Positions 27,024 through 32,981 of a DNA stretch of 32,981 nucleotides are shown piece after piece (position 1 is the stretch's first letter; every line of letters begins with the position of its first letter). Source of the stretch: Gemmatimonadota bacterium. Lineage in GTDB: Bacteria > Gemmatimonadota > Gemmatimonadetes > Gemmatimonadales > GWC2-71-9. The notes beneath the pieces are model-generated. The model saw only the letters and a list, made by a program, of their open reading frames with translations, was not told the origin of the DNA and did no database searches. Where the stretch lies: NCBI GenBank assembly GCA_036679645.1, contig JAZDCY010000045.1, positions 1 through 32,981 of the forward strand, in the 5' to 3' direction. Both the position numbers and the translations under genes were made by a program.

Positions 27024-28229
27024 GTGAGCGCGGGCGGCGATCGCCGGGAAACCGCCTTGCTGCTCGAGGTGTGCCGCCCGGACCGGCAGGCTGAGCGCAT
27101 TCGACGTGCGTTTGGCGAGGTGCCGGCGGGACACGGCGTCGTGACTCGAGCCATCGCGCTCGACGTGGGGCCGCTCTTCTTTGCCGCGCTTCGTGAGGTG
27201 GCGTGCCTGGATGAGTTCCCCGAGCAGACCCGCGCGACGCTCTCGAGGGCGTACTATCGCGAAGCGGCGGTCAACGCGCGGGCGCACGCGCGGTTGGAAG
27301 AGGTACTAGCCTGGCTGAGCCGCGAGGGAATCGACACGGTGCTGCTCAAGGGCGCGGCGCTTGCGGAACCGGTCTACGGCGACCTCGCGGTGCGCCACAT
27401 GCGCGACTTGGATCTTCTCGTCCCGGAATCCGGGCTGCGATCGACCCAGCGAATCCTCGAGGGCCACGGGTACGTGCGCAGTGAGGCGTGGCACTCGGCC
27501 GAGTGGTACGAGACCGCGCACCACCACCTGGTCCCGATGCACTCCCCGGACGGCGCCGTGACGATCGAAGTGCACCGCCACATAGTGCGTTCCACCGATC
27601 CCATCTCGATCGATGTCCATCGGTTATGGGAACGCACGCGCGCGGTCCGGATCGGTACGACCGATACGCGGTCGCTTGCACCGGTCGACCTGCTCCTGCA
27701 TGCGGCGGTGCACCGGACGCTGGCCGGCGAGTTCGTCGGCCAGATGCAGACGCTGTGTGATATCGCGACCATCGTGCATCGTTTTGGCAGCGACATCGAC
27801 TGGGACGATTTGCTCGAGTGGGCTCCCGGCCGCAAGGCGGCCAAGTACCTCGCCTACCCGTTGCGCTGGGCCGCGGCGTTGTTGCATGCGCCGGTGCCCG
27901 CCGCGGTCATGACAGATCTTGGCGCACGCATGGCCCCGACGGGTCGCGCCCATGCGCTGCTCGACCGTTGGGGAAGGGCGGTGAGCACGTGGCCGGGCGC
28001 GGTGACGTCGCCGCGCCGCGCGTGGCTGTGGAACGACCTGCTCGTAGCACTGCTCGGAGCGAACCACGCGTCCGGGGTCGGTGCCATCGTGGGCGTTCTG
28101 TCGCGCGGTCTGATCACGTCGGCTCGAAAGACGGTGCCGCGATTAGGCGTGTTCCTTCCGATTTACGCGGTAGCGATTCACCCGTTCGTGCTGGTGTGGC
28201 GCTGGCTGGCGCGGCGTCGCCGTCGTTGA
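27024..28229 (+). CDS. Nucleotidyltransferase family protein (NTP_transf_5-like)
   Basis: VLLKGAALAEPVYGDLAVRHMRDLDLLV, IEVHRH, LLLHAAVH, LCDIA. Start is approximate. Confidence 0.88.
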   Translation: MSAGGDRRETALLLEVCRPDRQAERIRRAFGEVPAGHGVVTRAIALDVGPLFFAALREVACLDEFPEQTRATLSRAYYREAAVNARAHARLEEVLAWLSREGIDTVLLKGAALAEPVYGDLAVRHMRDLDLLVPESGLRSTQRILEGHGYVRSEAWHSAEWYETAHHHLVPMHSPDGAVTIEVHRHIVRSTDPISIDVHRLWERTRAVRIGTTDTRSLAPVDLLLHAAVHRTLAGEFVGQMQTLCDIATIVHRFGSDIDWDDLLEWAPGRKAAKYLAYPLRWAAALLHAPVPAAVMTDLGARMAPTGRAHALLDRWGRAVSTWPGAVTSPRRAWLWNDLLVALLGANHASGVGAIVGVLSRGLITSARKTVPRLGVFLPIYAVAIHPFVLVWRWLARRRRR

Positions 28230-28345
28230 TGATCTTCGGCCTTGGACGTTCAGCCTGGAGGCCCGGTGGCTTCTGGCGCTTGTGTGGTGTGAGGAGGCAG
28301 GCGTAGGGACTCGATACAGTCCCCGATGGGCGCGGGAACCCCCGT

Positions 28346-28380
28346 CCCTCCCGGCCCTCGCGGAGCGAGGGCACGGAGGG
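28346..28380 (-). terminator. GC-rich hairpin in the tRNA 3' trailer
   Basis: GCCCTCGC-GGA-GCGAGGGC stem (28354-28372), extendable by CCCTCC/GGAGGG; no clear U-tract. Confidence 0.4.
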
Positions 28381-28387
28381 CCGGGGA
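28367..28387. repeat. att-like direct repeat, copy 2 (tRNA-Ser 3' end)
   Basis: Identical 21-mer to 2083-2103. Confidence 0.85.
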
Positions 28388-28456
28388 TTCGAACCCCGAT
28401 GCGCTTGCACGCGGCGGTTTTCAAGACCGCTGCCTTACCGTTAGGTCTAGCCCTCC
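28374..28456 (-). tRNA. tRNA-Ser(UGA)
   Basis: GGAGGGC/GCCCTCC acceptor stem with G discriminator. Anticodon arm GCGGT-CTTGAAA-ACCGC, long variable arm GCGTGCAAGCGC, T arm GGGGTTCGAATCCCC. CCA is not encoded. Confidence 0.96.
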
Positions 28457-28701
28457 CAGGACGGTAAGGTAATCGGGATCAGGAAGTTGCCCAAACCGGC
28501 CTCGCCTGAGGTGCTCGGGCTCAGCCTCCGCAACACGCACGTCGGTACGGAAGGTTGCACGTTCTTGTTGGCAGGCCTAAACGCTAGGTCGTAGAAACGC
28601 TCCGGCCATTCTCAGAATGATGCTCCTCTTGAGTGCGCCCAGCACTATGATCGCGGGAAACGGTAGAACCGTCCCCCACCCACCAGCGATCGCCTATATT
28701 C

Positions 28702-28890
28702 ATGAGGATTCGTGATCTGATTCGACTGCTCGAGCGCGACGGGTGGTACCTTGCCCGCACTCGCGGGAGCCATCGACAGTTCAAGTACCCGTCCAAGCGG
28801 GGTGTGGTGACTGTCGCAGGCAAAGCGCGTGATGATCTGGCACCGGGGACCTTGAACAGTATTCTGAAGCAGGCGGAGATTGAGCTATGA
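28702..28890 (+). CDS. hicA: HicA toxin (type II TA mRNA interferase)
   Basis: LERDGWYLARTRGSHRQFK...VTVAG...DLAPGTLNSILKQA. Confidence 0.93.
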   Translation: MRIRDLIRLLERDGWYLARTRGSHRQFKYPSKRGVVTVAGKARDDLAPGTLNSILKQAEIEL

Positions 28891-29099
28891 GAATTCTAGT
28901 AATCGTGGAGCGGACGCCAACCGGTTTTTCCGCGTTTTCCCCGGACGTGCCGGGATGTGCCGCGACCGGTAGCACGCAGGAAGAAGTTGAGGCCGTCATG
29001 CGGGACGCGATTGCACTCCATCTCAACGGCCTCAAGGCCCAAGGGTGCAACGTGCCCGAACCGCACGCGTACGCGACCTATGTCGAGGTCGCCGCGTGA
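28887..29099 (+). CDS. hicB: HicB antitoxin (short form)
   Basis: FSAFSPDVPGCAATGSTQEEV...AIALHL; ATGA overlap with hicA. Confidence 0.92.
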   Translation: MRILVIVERTPTGFSAFSPDVPGCAATGSTQEEVEAVMRDAIALHLNGLKAQGCNVPEPHAYATYVEVAA

Positions 29100-29136
29100 T
29101 CGCTTGACGTTGGCGCACCCTTGGTTCGATCGAGAT

Positions 29137-29547
29137 TCAGGCCAAAAAGCGTTCGATCTTCTCTCTAATATCCGGTGGCGCCGCAACGGCCTCGAAGCTG
29201 TCCATTGAAACGAAAACCAGCGTAATCAATGCGGTCACACTTGGCCTTCCGTCGACCGATCCGTCGATGATCAGACAGAGACTGCTCTCGCTCATTTCCT
29301 CCACCGATAGCTGCAACTGAAGTAGGTCGCCCAGCCGCGTAGGACGCCGGAAGTCGCATTCGATTCTCACCGCCGGAATGCCAATTCGCCGATCTTGCAC
29401 GAGGGTCCTGATATCCTGCCCGATATCCTTGGCGAACCAATCCTCAATGAGGTTGTTGAACATGTCGAGATACCGCGGATAGAACACCATACCAGCGGGA
29501 TCGGTGTGTGCGAATCCTATTCGTTGGTGGCCGGCGAACGTTGCCAA
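29137..29547 (-). CDS. 4-hydroxybenzoyl-CoA-type (hotdog) acyl-CoA thioesterase
   Basis: FAHTDPAGMVFYPRY, ECDFRRPTRLGD. Confidence 0.88.
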   Translation of the reverse strand: MATFAGHQRIGFAHTDPAGMVFYPRYLDMFNNLIEDWFAKDIGQDIRTLVQDRRIGIPAVRIECDFRRPTRLGDLLQLQLSVEEMSESSLCLIIDGSVDGRPSVTALITLVFVSMDSFEAVAAPPDIREKIERFLA

Positions 29548-29689
29548 TGGAAGCGTTCCTCGTGGCCAAGAGGCCGGTAGCGGGGTGAATCCCGGACTCG
29601 TAACTTATGTCCCTTCACATGCCGTAGCGATAGACTGACTCGCTCGAGGCAAGAGGCCCGATAAAGCGTCCTTCCCAAACTCGCTTGAG

Positions 29690-30817
29690 ATGTCAATCCG
29701 ACCGCACTTCCCCATACTCGAGAAGAAGGCCTACCTCAATAGCTGCTCGTATGGAGCGATGTCCATCGAGGTGCGAGATGCCTACAGCCGGTATCTCCAA
29801 GATTGGAACGAGTACGGCTCGGCTTGGGACAAATGGGTCGAGCTATATGAATCCGCTCGTGAGTCATTCGCACGCCTGATCAACGCAGCGCCTGACGAGA
29901 TTGCCATGACGTACTGCGCGTCGGACGGCGTCAACGCGATCGCAAGTGCGCTTGACTACTCCGGTCACCGAAACAGAATCGTTGTGAGCGACTTCGAGTT
30001 TCCGACAGTTGCGCAGATCTGGCACGCTCAGGAGCGCAGGGGTGCCAAGGTATGTCATGTACCTGAGCAGGACGGCCGTATTCCCCTGGAGGCGTACGAG
30101 CGAGAGATCGACGACCATACCCTGATCGTCTCGGTCGCCTCAGTGTGTTACCGCAATGGCTCCAAACAAGATGTACAGTCCATTATCGACCTGGCGCACC
30201 GGCACGGTGCCCTCGTGTTGGTTGACGCCTATCAGGGACTCGGTTCCTTTGCCATAGATGTCAGGGCGCTCGATACGGATTTTCTGGTGGGGGGCACGCT
30301 CAAGTATCTGCTCAGCTCCGCCGGCACGGCCATGCTGTTTGTGCGACGCGACCTCGTGGAGAAGCTGGTACCGACGCACTCCGGTTGGTTCGCTCAGCGA
30401 GACATCAACGCCATGGACATACATGCCAACGATCCGGCTCCCTCGGCCAGGAGGTTTGAATCGGGCACGCCGCCGGTGGCGAACATCTACGCGGCGCTGG
30501 CCGGAGTTGCCCTAATCGAGTCCTGGGGTGTGGAGACGATCGAGCGCCAGATCGGAGAACTCACGCAGATGGTAAAGACGGGGATTCGGGCGGAAGGGCT
30601 GGAGCTGGCAACGCCGGAGGATGCCGCTCATCATGGGGCGATGATTGCTGTCCGGGTGAAGGACGAGGCCGCCATCGTCGAAGCCCTTGCGCGCGACGGT
30701 ATCGTGACGTCTTCTCGAGACGGCAACCTGAGGGTCTCCCCTCACGTCTACAACAACGACGAAGATATCGAGCGGCTGCTGGAGAGCCTACGACGGAATC
30801 GGCGGTATATGGTTTGA
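29690..30817 (+). CDS. Class V PLP-dependent enzyme (kynureninase/cysteine desulfurase-like)
   Basis: YLNSCSYG, EFPT, LVDAYQGLG, GGTLKYL (PLP Lys), FESGTP, LRVSPHVYN. Confidence 0.88.
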   Translation: MSIRPHFPILEKKAYLNSCSYGAMSIEVRDAYSRYLQDWNEYGSAWDKWVELYESARESFARLINAAPDEIAMTYCASDGVNAIASALDYSGHRNRIVVSDFEFPTVAQIWHAQERRGAKVCHVPEQDGRIPLEAYEREIDDHTLIVSVASVCYRNGSKQDVQSIIDLAHRHGALVLVDAYQGLGSFAIDVRALDTDFLVGGTLKYLLSSAGTAMLFVRRDLVEKLVPTHSGWFAQRDINAMDIHANDPAPSARRFESGTPPVANIYAALAGVALIESWGVETIERQIGELTQMVKTGIRAEGLELATPEDAAHHGAMIAVRVKDEAAIVEALARDGIVTSSRDGNLRVSPHVYNNDEDIERLLESLRRNRRYMV

Positions 30818-30881
30818 TCAACGCGCGCTCTGTGCGCGCACCAGAAACGTTTTGCTGGGTTACCCAACAGGAGCAAGCCAA

Positions 30882-31673
30882 ATGGTCACAAAGGTCGACA
30901 CGCTCGCCAATCTGGTGGCGGATCTGGCAAGTGGAATGTTGAGAGTAGTGGACCTGACGCAGCCACTGTCGTGTGACACTCCCGTTATTCAACTCCCGCC
31001 TGAGTTTTCGGCCTCTCCACCTTTCTCGATGACCGAACTCTCGCGCTACGACGATCGTGGGCCCGCGTGGTATTGGAACTCCATCGCTTGTGGCGAACAC
31101 ACGGGCACACATTTCGACGCGCCGATCCATTGGGTTACCGGCAAGGACTACGCCAATCACAGTACGGATACCATCTCGCCCGATCGCTTCGTGGGGCCGG
31201 CATGCGTCATCGACGCGGTGGCGCAGACCCGGGAAGATCCGGATTTTCTCCTCACACCCGATCACGTGCGAGCGTGGGAATCAGACCATGGCGAGATTCC
31301 AGCCGAGGCGTGGGTTCTGTTGCGTACGGATTGGTCCAAACGAAGTGATCCTGTCGAGTTCCTCAACATTCACGACGATGGACCGCACTCGCCCGGACCG
31401 CATCCTGACACGGTGAAGTTCCTGGTTGAGGAACGTGACGTTCGGGGCTTTGGCAACGAAACAGTGGGTACCGACGCCGGCCAGGCAGGCGGGTTTGATC
31501 CGCCGTTTCCATGTCATACACTCATGCATGGCGCGAACAAGTTCGGTCTCGCCAGCCTCACGAACCTGGATCAACTTCCGGCCACCGGAGCCGTGCTGAT
31601 TGCGGCGCCGCTCAAGATCGTGAACGGGTCGGGGAGTCCGTTGCGCGTATTGGCACTGGCTCCGGCGCTCTGA
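30882..31673 (+). CDS. Cyclase-family metal hydrolase (isatin hydrolase/kynurenine formamidase-like)
   Basis: VVDLTQPL, GEHTGTHFDAPIHW, VLLRTDWS, PLKIVNGSGSPLRVLA; AGGAG upstream of ATG 30882. Confidence 0.9.
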   Translation: MVTKVDTLANLVADLASGMLRVVDLTQPLSCDTPVIQLPPEFSASPPFSMTELSRYDDRGPAWYWNSIACGEHTGTHFDAPIHWVTGKDYANHSTDTISPDRFVGPACVIDAVAQTREDPDFLLTPDHVRAWESDHGEIPAEAWVLLRTDWSKRSDPVEFLNIHDDGPHSPGPHPDTVKFLVEERDVRGFGNETVGTDAGQAGGFDPPFPCHTLMHGANKFGLASLTNLDQLPATGAVLIAAPLKIVNGSGSPLRVLALAPAL

Positions 31674-31718
31674 CGTTGATACGAGAGGCGGCGGGTTTGG
31701 CGGCTAGACGAGGTCGGG

Positions 31719-32981
31719 ATGGCTGAACGATCGTTCGCCAAAGAGGTACAGTCGCTCGAGCTGGGTGACGGAGAGGTTTTTCGCGGCGAGGGCATACTCG
31801 CAGTTACAAAGGCTCTCCTTCAATCAGGCGTCGCATACGTGGGTGGCTACCAGGGCGCCCCAATATCGCACCTGATGGACGTGTTCACCGACGCCTCCGA
31901 CATCCTCGAGGAACTCGGCGTTCACTTTGAGACGTCTGCCAGTGAGGCCGCCGCTGCGGCGATGCTGGCGGCATCGATCAACTATCCGCTGCGCGGTGCG
32001 GCAACGTGGAAGTCAACCGTCGGGACCAACGTTGCGTCAGATGCTCTCTCCAACCTGGCATCTGCCGGTGTACAGGGCGGAGTCCTCATCGTACTTGGTG
32101 AGGACTACGGCGAGGGTGCAAGCATCATGCAGGAACGCACTCACGCGTTCGCCATGAAATCTCAAATGTGGCTGCTCGATCCCCGCCCGAATCTCCCCAG
32201 TATCGTCCGGGCTGTCGAACAGGGCTTTGAGCTATCGGAGGCAAGCAGCACACCGGTCATGCTCGAGCTTCGCATTCGCGCGTGCCATGTGTATGGCAGC
32301 TTCCGGGCAAAAGACAACCGGCGACCCCCGCTCACGGCCCGCGAAGCGCTCAGGCGACCCAACCGTGCCGCCGACAAGATCATCTTGCCGCCGTTCACGT
32401 TCCTGCAGGAGATCGACAAGGTAGAACGACGTTGGCCGGCTGCCGTTGAGTTCGTCGTGAGAAATGGGATGAACGAGTTTGTTGCCGGACAAACAGACGA
32501 GATCGGCATAATCCTGCAGGGTGGTTTGTACAACTCGGTCGTCCGAGCCCTCGACTTGTTAGGGCTGTCGGACAGCTTTGGAGTAGGGAGAGTCCCGCTC
32601 TACGTACTCAACGTCACGTATCCGCTCATCGAATCAGAGATTCAGAACTTCTGTACCGGTAAGCGCGCGGTGCTGATCGTCGAGGAGGGACAACCCGATT
32701 TCATCGAGCAGGCGCTCAACCAGTACCTGAACCGCGCGGAACTAGACACGAGGGTGGTCGGTAAAGACGTGTTGCCCATGGCTGGTGAGTACACGGGCGA
32801 CGTCGTTCGCGAGGGCGTTTACAACTTCCTCGAGCAATGGCAGCCGGGACTGCTACAGAACGGCGCGCGGGCCACGAGAAGTTTCGTGCCGGACGCGGAG
32901 TTTCAACGCGCCGTGCCGCCGAGGCCCCCGGGGCTATGTGTTGGGTGTCCCGAGCGACCGTTGTTTACCGCCGTAAAGCTG
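31719..32981 (+). CDS. iorA: Indolepyruvate ferredoxin oxidoreductase alpha subunit (runs off window end)
   Basis: Read by hand because it is absent from the ORF track: MAERSFAKEVQSLELGDGEVFRGEGILAVTKALLQSGVAYVGGYQGAPISH...WKSTVGTNVASDA...GEDYGEG...PRPPGLCVGCPERP. Confidence 0.9.
   Translation, partial: MAERSFAKEVQSLELGDGEVFRGEGILAVTKALLQSGVAYVGGYQGAPISHLMDVFTDASDILEELGVHFETSASEAAAAAMLAASINYPLRGAATWKSTVGTNVASDALSNLASAGVQGGVLIVLGEDYGEGASIMQERTHAFAMKSQMWLLDPRPNLPSIVRAVEQGFELSEASSTPVMLELRIRACHVYGSFRAKDNRRPPLTAREALRRPNRAADKIILPPFTFLQEIDKVERRWPAAVEFVVRNGMNEFVAGQTDEIGIILQGGLYNSVVRALDLLGLSDSFGVGRVPLYVLNVTYPLIESEIQNFCTGKRAVLIVEEGQPDFIEQALNQYLNRAELDTRVVGKDVLPMAGEYTGDVVREGVYNFLEQWQPGLLQNGARATRSFVPDAEFQRAVPPRPPGLCVGCPERPLFTAVKL

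Larger units (their letters stand above)
2083..28387. mobile_element. Putative tRNA-Ser-integrated genomic island (~26.3 kb) carrying RiPP loci; no integrase seen
   Basis: Flanked by a 21-bp direct repeat covering the last 14 nt of the tRNA plus 7 nt of trailer. Geometry is intact tRNA, cargo, duplicated 3' fragment. Cargo is accessory biosynthetic genes. Confidence 0.7.

Noticed and set aside
21932..28229. Lasso peptide cluster
   Set aside because: Kinase, RRE and nucleotidyltransferase are present, but there is no asparagine-synthetase-like cyclase, no transglutaminase-like protease and no short lasso precursor.

Overview
High-GC bacterial window; the BTAD regulator style suggests Gemmatimonadota, but that is inference only. 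Left flank (minus strand): DUF190, crcB/fluC and a cyclophilin-FKBP PPIase. From 2083 to 28387 lies a ~26.3 kb putative genomic island bounded by a perfect 21-bp direct repeat of the 3' end of tRNA-Ser(UGA) (28374-28456, minus); no integrase is visible. The island carries two RiPP-type loci. (A) A Cys-free NHLP-leader precursor, a double-GNAT/2OG-oxygenase-like fusion, a BTAD regulator and a complete NHLM type I exporter (HlyD, C39-ABC, second ABC, TolC). (B) An apparently uncharacterised 'His-Xaa-Asp' system. Its ~236-aa precursor has a Tat-like/WxxP leader and 29 HxD motifs that account for every His and Asp of the core. It is flanked by a rSAM/SPASM enzyme with its own HxD tail, a Cys-motif/methyltransferase fusion, an aKG-HExxH-PqqD fusion, an HPr-kinase-like protein, a cupin, a B12 rSAM C-methyltransferase, an APH-type kinase and a nucleotidyltransferase. 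A frameshifted amine oxidase relic, a second B12 rSAM and a membrane protein lie between the loci. Right of the tRNA: hicAB, a thioesterase, a class V PLP enzyme, a cyclase (isatin hydrolase/kynurenine formamidase-like) and iorA, which runs off the window end. All family calls come from motif recognition by eye; no searches were run.
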